Below are positions 9,260-17,177 of a stretch of 43,566 bases of DNA, in pieces. This DNA is from an uncultured Desulfurellaceae bacterium (GTDB lineage: Bacteria; Campylobacterota_A; Desulfurellia; JAGGSF01). Positions within the stretch are counted from its first letter, which is position 1. The number at the start of each line of letters is the position of its first letter. The notes under the pieces are model-generated. The model was not told the origin of the DNA. It saw only the letters and a list, made by a program, of their open reading frames with translations, and made no database searches. A program made the position numbers and the translations under genes. The stretch is from contig CAZVDS010000001.1 in NCBI GenBank assembly GCA_964626315.1, positions 1 to 43,566 of the forward strand, read 5' to 3'.

Positions 9260-9710
9260 ATTCTCTCTTTAAGTTATCTCTGTAGTTGTTTATTTTCTCT
9301 TTCAATTTTTTATCACCTGTGGCAAGAATCTGTATGGCAAATAAGGCGGCATTTATAGCTCCCGTCTTTCCAATGCTCATCGTTCCTACCGGTATACCGG
9401 ATGGCATTTGAACAATAGAAAATAGAGCATCTAAACCTTGCAGAGGACCACATTCTACAGGAACACCAATTACCGGCAATGTAGTGTAGGAGGCAATGAT
9501 TCCTGGCAGATGGGCAGATAAGCCAGCAATTGCGATAACAACAGAAAAATTCTTCTCTAAGTTTTGGGACAAAAGAACCGTTTTTTGAGGTGACCTATGA
9601 GCAGATGAGATAAATACTGTATATTCCACCCCAAAATCCCCGAGTATTTTTTCCGTTTCTTCTACTAAGGGCAGATCATTTTTACTACCTGCAAATATTG
9701 CGACCTTCAT
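9240..9710 (-). CDS. purE: 5-(carboxyamino)imidazole ribonucleotide mutase
   Basis: GSKNDLP, SAHRSP and AGLSAHLPG motifs. 156 aa. Confidence 0.9.
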   Translation of the reverse strand: MKVAIFAGSKNDLPLVEETEKILGDFGVEYTVFISSAHRSPQKTVLLSQNLEKNFSVVIAIAGLSAHLPGIIASYTTLPVIGVPVECGPLQGLDALFSIVQMPSGIPVGTMSIGKTGAINAALFAIQILATGDKKLKEKINNYRDNLKREYGDNPY

Positions 9711-10984
9711 TTTAACCTCCGGAGAGCTTTATTGCCAATATCCTTCCTGTAATGCATCCCTTCAAAATATATTTTTTCTACAGCCTCGTATGCTTTTTCT
9801 TGAGCTGTTACAAAATTCTCTGCATAGGATGTAACACCCAATACTCTTCCTCCATTTGTTACAATTTTTCCCTCTTTAATTTTTGTTCCTGCATGAAATA
9901 CATATACATCCTTCATTTTTTCTACATCTTCTAGACCCTCAATGATTTTTTCTTTTTCATATTTTCCGGGATAGCCACCGGAAGCTAAAATCACACATAT
10001 ACTGTATCCTTTTTTCCATTTTATTTTTATTTTATTTATATTTCCTTCAATAGAGGAAGTTAAGGCAGGCAAGAGATCACTTTCCATAAGCATTGCCATA
10101 GGTTGCATCTCGGGGTCACCAAAACGGCAGTTGAACTCTAATACATAAGGTTCATCATCTTTGATCATCAATCCGGCATAAAGAATGCCTTTGTATTCTC
10201 TTCCTTCTTCTCTTAGTCCTTTGACGGTAGGATAAATAATTCTCTCCATTATCTTCTTATACAATATTTCATTAACTAAAGGGGCAGGTGTGTATGCACC
10301 CATACCGCCGGTGTTTGGACCTTTATCTCCATCAAATATTGGTTTGTGGTCTTGAGCACTAATCAAAGGAAGCACATTCTCGCCATCGCTGATGGCGAAG
10401 AAAGATATCTCTTCTCCTATGAGTTTTTCTTCAACCACGACCTTTTCTCCTGCTGAACCAAATCTTTTATTTATAAATATATCGTTCAATGCCTTATTTA
10501 GCTCATCATTGTTATCAACTACAAATACTCCTTTCCCTGCACATAACCCATCCGCTTTAATTACAATAGGCAAACCGTGTTTTTGTATAAATGTTTTTGT
10601 AGTCTGCAGCTCATCAAATATATAAAAATCGGCAGTAGGAATATTATGTCTTTGCATAAATTCATTGGCAAAAACTTTACTAGATTCAACAGTGGTGGCT
10701 TTCTTATTTGGTCCAAAAGTTTTTATTCCTCTTTTAGTTAAACTATCTACAATGCCTAAAGCAAGGGGGTTTTCTGGTCCTACCACCACCAAATCTATTT
10801 TTTTCTCAATACAAAACTTTTTTATTTCTGGTATGTTTTCTGGTGGAATATCTACATTTTGAGATAATTTTTGAGTGCCTGCATTTCCTGAAGCAGTAAA
10901 GAGCTTTTTTATCTCTTTGCTTTGTTTTAACTTGTATGTTAAAGCGTGCTCTCTTCCTCCACTACCAATAATCAAAACATTCAT
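9707..10984 (-). CDS. purD: phosphoribosylamine-glycine ligase
   Basis: MNVLIIGSGGREHAL, GPNTGGMGAY and EFNCRFGDPE (ATP-grasp). 425 aa. GAGG lies 6 nt before the ATG. Confidence 0.95.
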   Translation of the reverse strand: MNVLIIGSGGREHALTYKLKQSKEIKKLFTASGNAGTQKLSQNVDIPPENIPEIKKFCIEKKIDLVVVGPENPLALGIVDSLTKRGIKTFGPNKKATTVESSKVFANEFMQRHNIPTADFYIFDELQTTKTFIQKHGLPIVIKADGLCAGKGVFVVDNNDELNKALNDIFINKRFGSAGEKVVVEEKLIGEEISFFAISDGENVLPLISAQDHKPIFDGDKGPNTGGMGAYTPAPLVNEILYKKIMERIIYPTVKGLREEGREYKGILYAGLMIKDDEPYVLEFNCRFGDPEMQPMAMLMESDLLPALTSSIEGNINKIKIKWKKGYSICVILASGGYPGKYEKEKIIEGLEDVEKMKDVYVFHAGTKIKEGKIVTNGGRVLGVTSYAENFVTAQEKAYEAVEKIYFEGMHYRKDIGNKALRRLK

Positions 10985-11003
10985 CTTAAACCTCTACATA
11001 ATA

Positions 11004-11032
11004 CTTATAGCATTAAAGATACTAATTTTCAA
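11004..11032 (-). promoter_or_regulatory. candidate sigma-70 promoter for purD
   Basis: On the minus strand: TTGAAA (11032-11027), 17-nt spacer, TATAAG (11009-11004), about 20 nt upstream of the purD ATG. Sequence match only. Confidence 0.35.
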
Positions 11033-11058
11033 TTTACTGAAAAAAAATATATTTCTCT

Positions 11059-11083
11059 TTGCGAATGCCTCTGGCATTCGCAA
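11059..11083. promoter_or_regulatory. perfect 11-bp inverted repeat (TTGCGAATGCC-tct-GGCATTCGCAA), candidate operator
   Basis: Read directly from the sequence. It lies between the divergent purD and mraZ promoter candidates, where no terminator is expected. The repeat is certain; its function is unknown. Confidence 0.5.
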
Positions 11084-11105
11084 GGAAATAACTTTGTCAT
11101 TTCTC

Positions 11106-11134
11106 TTGACAATTGCTATTTTTTTCCATAAAGT
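11106..11134 (+). promoter_or_regulatory. candidate sigma-70 promoter of the dcw cluster (Pmra-like)
   Basis: TTGACA (11106-11111), 17-nt spacer, TAAAGT (11129-11134). The -10 overlaps the first GTGGG repeat. Confidence 0.4.
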
Positions 11135-11157
11135 GGGTATAAGTGGGGGTAAGTGGG
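11131..11157 (+). promoter_or_regulatory. three direct AAGTGGG repeats at 10-bp spacing, candidate MraZ operator
   Basis: AAGTGGGtatAAGTGGGggtAAGTGGG, with GTGGG cores at 11133, 11143 and 11153. E. coli MraZ is reported to bind three GTGGG-type repeats with 5-nt spacers at its own promoter. Confidence 0.55.
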
Positions 11158-11158
11158 A

Positions 11159-11596
11159 ATGTTTCGTGGAAGATACGAACATATTATAGATGAGAAAGGA
11201 AGAGTTAATGTTCCTACTAAGTTTAAAGAAGCAATGCCCAAAGGTAGCTTTGTGGTGCTTACTTTCTTTGATAGGTGTATTTATTGTTATCCCTTAGAAC
11301 AGTGGAAAGTAATAGAGAAAAAAGCAGGTAATTTGCCTATAACCAGTCAAGCGGCACGTAGATTTAAAAGGATATTTTTTTCATCGGCGATAGATGTTCG
11401 AATTGATTCTCATAGACGTATTTTGGTACCGCTTTTATTGAGGAATGATGCAGGCATAGAAAAAGAAGTGGTATTTATCGGTAATTTAGATCATGTGGAA
11501 TTGTGGGCAAAGGAAAAGTGGTGTGAAGAAAGTGAAGAGCTTAGAAAGAACGAAGAAAAGATAATGGAGGAACTTTCCAAATTGGGGATTTTTTAA
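11159..11596 (+). CDS. mraZ: transcriptional regulator MraZ
   Basis: MFRGRYEHIIDEKGRVNVP plus a second ...RRILVP half, giving two SpoVT/AbrB-like repeats. The family normally starts MF(R/K)G, so I prefer ATG 11159 over the in-frame GTG at 11153 used by the ORF track. Confidence 0.9.
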   Translation: MFRGRYEHIIDEKGRVNVPTKFKEAMPKGSFVVLTFFDRCIYCYPLEQWKVIEKKAGNLPITSQAARRFKRIFFSSAIDVRIDSHRRILVPLLLRNDAGIEKEVVFIGNLDHVELWAKEKWCEESEELRKNEEKIMEELSKLGIF

Positions 11597-11613
11597 AAAA
11601 ACATTTACCGGTA

Positions 11614-12477
11614 ATGGTTAAGGAGGTAGTGGATATTCTTCAACCAAAAAGTGATTCCATATATATAGATGCGACCATTGGATATGGTGGACATGCAGAA
11701 AAGGTCTTAGAACTTTCTTCTCCCAATGGTGTAGTTGTTGGTATTGATAAGGATGAGGAAGCTGTGAGATGGGTTTTAACAGAGCTTAAACCACATTGGG
11801 GGAAAAGGTTGATTGTAGAACATTGTGGTTTTTCAGAAATGGCTCAAGTGCTTCAGAAACAAGGGATAGAAAGCGTAGATGGGATTTTGATGGATTTAGG
11901 CATGTCTTCTTATCAGGTGGAGGATGCAGAAAGAGGTTTCAGCTTTAGATTGGGTGGACCATTGGATATGCGGATGGATAGGAGGCAATCTCTTACTGCA
12001 TCGCAGATTGTAAATGGATGGCAAGAGAAAAATATAGCAAGTATTTTAAGGACATACGGCGAGGAACGGTTTGCAACGCGAATTGCTAAAAATATTGTTA
12101 AGTTTAGAAAAGAGAAGAAAATTACAACTACCAGACAATTGGCGCAAATCGTGGAAGATTCTATACCACGCAAGTTTTGGAAGAGAATACACCCAGCGAC
12201 ACGAACCTTTTTAGCGTTACGCATTGTGGTGAATGATGAAATGGAAAATCTCAAGAGAGGGTTGGAAGAAGGGATAAGTCTTTTGAAAAAGGGAGGAAGA
12301 TTATGTGTTATTTCCTTTCATTCTTTAGAAGATAGGATTGTAAAACAAACTTTCAGGAGAAAATTTAGTGAAGGTATAGCAAGGGTATCAAAAAGAGCCA
12401 TTTTGCCACAAAAAGAGGAGATATTAAAGAATAAAAGGGCAAGAAGTGCAAAACTGAGATGGTTAGAAAAACTGTAA
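11614..12477 (+). CDS. rsmH: 16S rRNA (cytosine1402-N4)-methyltransferase
   Basis: DATIGYGGHAE, DLGMSSYQ and ISFHSLEDRIVK. Coordinates use the first ATG. The conserved H-x-P-V motif is encoded in frame just upstream (11602-11613), so the true start is probably further 5' (see findings). Confidence 0.9.
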   Translation: MVKEVVDILQPKSDSIYIDATIGYGGHAEKVLELSSPNGVVVGIDKDEEAVRWVLTELKPHWGKRLIVEHCGFSEMAQVLQKQGIESVDGILMDLGMSSYQVEDAERGFSFRLGGPLDMRMDRRQSLTASQIVNGWQEKNIASILRTYGEERFATRIAKNIVKFRKEKKITTTRQLAQIVEDSIPRKFWKRIHPATRTFLALRIVVNDEMENLKRGLEEGISLLKKGGRLCVISFHSLEDRIVKQTFRRKFSEGIARVSKRAILPQKEEILKNKRARSAKLRWLEKL

Positions 12478-12492
12478 AAGGAGGATAACACC

Positions 12493-12783
12493 ATGGAAGA
12501 AAAAATATTTGTTAAGCAAAGTAAGACTGTTTCATTACCTCTTTTTTATTTGTGTGTCATATTCTTAATCTTTACTGTCTTGTTCATCAATCTTTTTCAA
12601 AATATAAAAATAACCACTTTAAAATGGGAGATTACAAACATTGCATCCTATATCAAAAATGAGGATGATAATTTGGCTTTTTTCAACTCCAAATACGCCC
12701 AACAAAATTCAACTATGTTTATTTTATCTAAATTGAATAAGTTAGGCTTAGAACCCGGGCAAGTACAGGTTGTCTGTCGGTGA
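12493..12783 (+). CDS. ftsL: FtsL-like small bitopic cell-division protein
   Basis: 96 aa with a single N-proximal TM helix (LPLFYLCVIFLIFTVLFINLF). Canonical slot between rsmH and ftsI. GGAGG precedes the ATG. Called by position and topology, not by sequence motif. Confidence 0.6.
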   Translation: MEEKIFVKQSKTVSLPLFYLCVIFLIFTVLFINLFQNIKITTLKWEITNIASYIKNEDDNLAFFNSKYAQQNSTMFILSKLNKLGLEPGQVQVVCR

Positions 12784-14444
12784 ATATAAAACGATTTAGG
12801 TTCTTGATTATATGCATTGGTTGCTTCTTTATACTGTTTTTATTTAGAGCAGGATACGAGCAAATTGTAAATTATAAGCAAAACAATCTTTTATGGAAAA
12901 AGAGATTAACGCGTTTCGTTAGAGTTGAAGGAAAACGAGGTAAAATTTTTGATTCTAAGGGGAAACTTCTAGCGTTTAATGTCCCTTATTATTCTGTGTT
13001 TGCAGATCCTTTTATCTTAAAAAGAGATAAGAGAAATTTGAGCCTACTTTCTAATATTCTTAGTATGAGGCGAAAAAAACTTCTTTCAAAATTGGAATTA
13101 GACAGGCGCTTTGTATGGTTAAAAAGAGATGTAAAGAGCAAAACAATAAAAAAATTAAAAGATTTAAACATTAGAGGAATAGGAATCATTGATGGATATG
13201 AACGATTTTATCCAGGGGGTAATATCGCTTCTCATGTTATAGGATTTTGTAACATAGATAATGAAGGCATAGAAGGAATAGAAAAATACTATAATAAATA
13301 CCTTAATCCTAAGTGCTCAACTGTAGAAGCATCTCTTGGAATGAGAGGTATTTTATCGTGGAAGAGCGATTCTTACAATATCATAGATGGTGCAGATGTA
13401 TTTCTTACTATAGATGAAAACATACAATCTTTTGTTCAACAAATATTAAAAAAAGCGGTAGAAGAAAATAAGGCAAAAAAAACCCTATGTATAATTATGA
13501 AACCAGGAGGGGCAATTGTTGCTTGTAGTAGTTTCCCTGATTTCAACTTGAATTTTCATAATGCTTATTCATATAGTAGATGGAGAAATAGGGTAATTCT
13601 TGATGTGTGGGAGCCGGGTTCTATATTTAAACTGGTTACAATGAGTGCGGCTATAGATAGTGGTAAAGTGAAAAGAAATGAAGAATTTCTTTGCGAAAAC
13701 ATGAGAGTGGGAAAACATATAATACATGATGTTCATAGATATGGTAAGTTAAGTTTTGATGATGTTTTTATCAAATCCAGCAATGTGGGAGCGACTAAAA
13801 TAGCATTTAATATGGGGAAGGAAAATTTTTGGGATTATGTTTTAAAATTTGGTTTTGGTGAGAGAACAGGTGTAGATTTTTTGGGGGAAGCTAAAGGATT
13901 GGTGAAAAGAATTAGTTGTTGTTCGGATATTGATGTAGCGAATATGGCTTTTGGTCAAGGTATTGCTGTTACGGGAATTCAACTTTGTTCAGCCTTTTGC
14001 GTTATAGCAAATGGCGGGTTTAAAATAAAACCTTATTTCGTAAAAAAAATAGTTTCCTCCAAAGGAATTGTTTTATATGAAGCTAAAGAAGAAAAAAAGA
14101 GAATTTTAAAAGCAAGCACAGCAAAAACAGTAAAAGAGATACTGGAAAAAGCAGTGGAGGAGGGAACAGGAAGAAAAGCAAAGATTCCTAATTGTAAAAT
14201 AGCAGGGAAAACAGGCACGGCTCAAATACCAGAGAATAGAACATATAGCAAGAAATATATATCATCCTTTGCTGGTTTCTTTCCGGTAGAAGATCCGCAA
14301 TTTGTTATTCTTGTTTCCTTGTTTGAACCTCAGACAAAGCAGGGCTATGGTGGAATTGTAGCTGCTCCTGTATTTAAGGATATAGCTCAGATGTTAATAA
14401 GTTATAAAGGTATTTCTGAAAATGAAACTAAAAGAACTTTTTGA
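12780..14444 (+). CDS. ftsI: peptidoglycan D,D-transpeptidase (class B PBP)
   Basis: N-terminal TM and PBP dimer domain. Transpeptidase motifs SxxK (GSIFK), SSN and KTGT. GTG start overlaps the ftsL stop (GTGA). Confidence 0.9.
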   Translation: MNIKRFRFLIICIGCFFILFLFRAGYEQIVNYKQNNLLWKKRLTRFVRVEGKRGKIFDSKGKLLAFNVPYYSVFADPFILKRDKRNLSLLSNILSMRRKKLLSKLELDRRFVWLKRDVKSKTIKKLKDLNIRGIGIIDGYERFYPGGNIASHVIGFCNIDNEGIEGIEKYYNKYLNPKCSTVEASLGMRGILSWKSDSYNIIDGADVFLTIDENIQSFVQQILKKAVEENKAKKTLCIIMKPGGAIVACSSFPDFNLNFHNAYSYSRWRNRVILDVWEPGSIFKLVTMSAAIDSGKVKRNEEFLCENMRVGKHIIHDVHRYGKLSFDDVFIKSSNVGATKIAFNMGKENFWDYVLKFGFGERTGVDFLGEAKGLVKRISCCSDIDVANMAFGQGIAVTGIQLCSAFCVIANGGFKIKPYFVKKIVSSKGIVLYEAKEEKKRILKASTAKTVKEILEKAVEEGTGRKAKIPNCKIAGKTGTAQIPENRTYSKKYISSFAGFFPVEDPQFVILVSLFEPQTKQGYGGIVAAPVFKDIAQMLISYKGISENETKRTF

Positions 14445-15846
14445 AGATATTGATTATAAAAGAAGTTTGTTTATTGATTGGGAAAAACAGATAGAACATA
14501 TCTGTTACAACTCCCACCAGGTAAAAAAGGGAGATATCTTTGTTGCGATAAAGGGATTCAAGGAGGATGGAAATACATTTATTCCTCAAGCTTTAAAAAA
14601 AGGTGCAGAGGTAATTATTACGGAAAACTGTTTAAAAGCTGATTTTCCGTGTATAGAGGTAGAGAATGCACGGATAGCTTTATCTCGTCTTTCTGCAAAT
14701 TATTTTTTTCATCCTTCAAGAAAATTAAATGTCATAGGCATCACCGGCACAAATGGCAAGACTACAACCAGTTTTTTAATAGACTCTATATTTAAACAAG
14801 TGGGTAAAACAGGTATTGTGGGAACAACAGGATGCTTTTATGATGGAGTGAAAAAAAAATCATCCATAACTACACCTGAATCATTAGATATACAAAGATT
14901 ATTTTGTGAAATGTTGAATAGAGGTATAGAATATGTTTCTTTAGAGGTTTCTGCACACGGTATAACACTTTATCGCCTTCATGATGTAGACTTTAAAGTA
15001 AAGGTGTTTACCAATGTTTCCCAAGATCATCTAGATTTTTATAAGACTTTAGAAAATTATGGAAATACAAAGTTTTCTTTCTTTGATGAAAAAACAAGGG
15101 TAGTGGTAAATACAGATGATAAATTAGGAAAAGAAATAGAAAAAAAAACATCTGCTATAAGCTATGGTTTTGATAAATTATGTGATATATATCCCATCTC
15201 TTTTATATCTGATATTCATGGTATTGAAGCCTCTATTTCTACTCCTAAGGGTGAAATTCTTATAAAAAGTCCATTAGTTGGAGAGTATAATTTATACAAT
15301 ATAATGGCATCTATTGGTGTGGCTTTGTGGATAGATATAGATTTTTCTAAGATAAGGGAAGGTATCTTCAACCTAAAAGGTGTATCAGGAAGAATGGAAA
15401 GATTTTCTTCAAATGGTGTAGATTTTTTTGTTGACTATGCTCATACTCCTGATGCTTTGGGTAATGTCTTAGTTGTATTAGAAAAGTTGAAGAGGAACAG
15501 ATTAATCGTTGTGTTTGGCGCAGGGGGAGATAGAGATAAAGTAAAAAGACCAAAGATGGGTAAAGTTGCATCTCTTCTCTCTGATGTGATTATTCTTACT
15601 TCAGATAATCCTCGTAGTGAAGATCCACAGGCAATTATTGATGGTATATTAATAGGAATAGACAATAGAAAAAAAGTCATAGTAGAAAAGGATAGAAGAG
15701 AAGCAATAAGAATGGCTGTCAATATAGCAAAAAAAGATGATATTGTTCTCATTGCTGGAAAAGGTCATGAAACATATCAGATTGTTGGTAAAAAAAAGAT
15801 TCCGTTTGATGACAGAAAAGAATTAAGGAAAGTTTTATATGATTAG
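14422..15846 (+). CDS. murE: UDP-N-acetylmuramoyl-L-alanyl-D-glutamate--2,6-diaminopimelate ligase
   Basis: Mur ligase P-loop GITGTNGKTTT and DNPRSEDP near the C-terminus. Correct position in the dcw order. Confidence 0.9.
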   Translation: MKLKELFEDIDYKRSLFIDWEKQIEHICYNSHQVKKGDIFVAIKGFKEDGNTFIPQALKKGAEVIITENCLKADFPCIEVENARIALSRLSANYFFHPSRKLNVIGITGTNGKTTTSFLIDSIFKQVGKTGIVGTTGCFYDGVKKKSSITTPESLDIQRLFCEMLNRGIEYVSLEVSAHGITLYRLHDVDFKVKVFTNVSQDHLDFYKTLENYGNTKFSFFDEKTRVVVNTDDKLGKEIEKKTSAISYGFDKLCDIYPISFISDIHGIEASISTPKGEILIKSPLVGEYNLYNIMASIGVALWIDIDFSKIREGIFNLKGVSGRMERFSSNGVDFFVDYAHTPDALGNVLVVLEKLKRNRLIVVFGAGGDRDKVKRPKMGKVASLLSDVIILTSDNPRSEDPQAIIDGILIGIDNRKKVIVEKDRREAIRMAVNIAKKDDIVLIAGKGHETYQIVGKKKIPFDDRKELRKVLYD

Positions 15847-17176
15847 TTCTGAAATTGTTAGAGTGGTTGATGGAGAAACGCTAAATGCAAAAGATTTATT
15901 TATAAAGGAAGTAAAGATTGACTCTCGTGATGTAAGTGATGGTGATATGTTTATTGCCTTGAGAGGAAAATATAAAGATGGGCATGATTTTATTCCTCAA
16001 GCTCTTTCGAGAGGAGCAAGGGTTGTGATTTCCGAAAAGCCTATAGATGCACCGTGTATAGTGGTAAAAGATTCACAACAGGCCTTGATAAAGTTGGCTA
16101 ATTTTTATCGAATGCAGTTTAACATCCCTATAATAGCGGTATGCGGTAGCGCAGGTAAAACCACAACAAAAGAACTTATCTATTGGATCTTAAAATATCA
16201 TTTTAAACAAGTGCACAAGAATTTTCTTAATGAAAATAATGTTATTGGTGTATGCAAGACATTATTTGGATTGAAAAGATATCACCAGGTATTGGTAATA
16301 GAGTTGGGCACCAATACACAGGGTGAAATTGAGATGCTTTCTCATATTGTGAACCCCACTCATGTAGTGATTACCAATGTTAAAAAGGTGCATTTGGAAG
16401 GCTTAGGTAGTATAGATGGTGTGGCGAAAGAGAAACTTTCTGTTTTAAGTTTACTTACAGATAGGGATACATTTATATGGAATGTTGATGATAGCGAGAT
16501 AACAGGATATGTTACCAATAATTCTATAAATTTTAAAGGAAAGGTAATAAGTTTTGGGAGTAAAGAGGCAGATTTTACACTTCTTTCTGTAAAAGATTCA
16601 ATTATAGCAGTAAAACACAGATTGTGGGGCACAAAAGAGTTTATTTTTCCCTTGAAAGGTTCTTTTAATGCAATAAATGCGGTTGCAGCTTTAGCTACTG
16701 CCTCCGATGTATGTGAATTGTCTCCTTTTTTAGTTCAAAAGGCTCTTTTATCTTTTAAGGGATTGCCTTTAAGAATGGAAGAAAAAATATTGCATGGTGT
16801 GAAATTCTATTTAGATTGTTATAATTCAAATCCTGATGCAGTAAAAGCTACAGTTGACGCTATTTGTGATGTGGAAAAAGAATTCATTGTAATTTTGGGG
16901 GATATGTTAGAATTAGGAAAAGATAAGATTTCAATTCACCAAGAGATAGGCGAATATTTGGCAAAGAAAGATAATATTCGTTTCTTTATAGGTTTCGGTG
17001 ATAGTATGAGTCATGCAGTAGAGAGATTTAAGAAGTATAGGGATGATGCGTTGTTTTTTTATGATTTGAAAGAGGTTGCTAAATTTTTAATTGTTGAAAA
17101 TAAGGATAAAATACCTGTTTTTATAAAGGGTTCACGAGCAATGCATATGGAAAAGATAGTAGGGATAATAGATTAA
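15839..17176 (+). CDS. murF: UDP-N-acetylmuramoyl-tripeptide--D-alanyl-D-alanine ligase
   Basis: Mur ligase P-loop GSAGKTTTKE and dcw position. Confidence 0.9.
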   Translation: MISSEIVRVVDGETLNAKDLFIKEVKIDSRDVSDGDMFIALRGKYKDGHDFIPQALSRGARVVISEKPIDAPCIVVKDSQQALIKLANFYRMQFNIPIIAVCGSAGKTTTKELIYWILKYHFKQVHKNFLNENNVIGVCKTLFGLKRYHQVLVIELGTNTQGEIEMLSHIVNPTHVVITNVKKVHLEGLGSIDGVAKEKLSVLSLLTDRDTFIWNVDDSEITGYVTNNSINFKGKVISFGSKEADFTLLSVKDSIIAVKHRLWGTKEFIFPLKGSFNAINAVAALATASDVCELSPFLVQKALLSFKGLPLRMEEKILHGVKFYLDCYNSNPDAVKATVDAICDVEKEFIVILGDMLELGKDKISIHQEIGEYLAKKDNIRFFIGFGDSMSHAVERFKKYRDDALFFYDLKEVAKFLIVENKDKIPVFIKGSRAMHMEKIVGIID

Positions 17177-17177
17177 A

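Noticed and set aside
10985-11158. Divergent strand switch (minus-strand genes to the left, plus-strand genes to the right) with parAB and an rRNA operon nearby, which could be oriC.
   Set aside because: I could find no DnaA-box cluster or AT-rich unwinding repeats here. dnaA, dnaN and rsmG are absent from the window. The spacer is explained by two promoters, the MraZ boxes and one palindrome.
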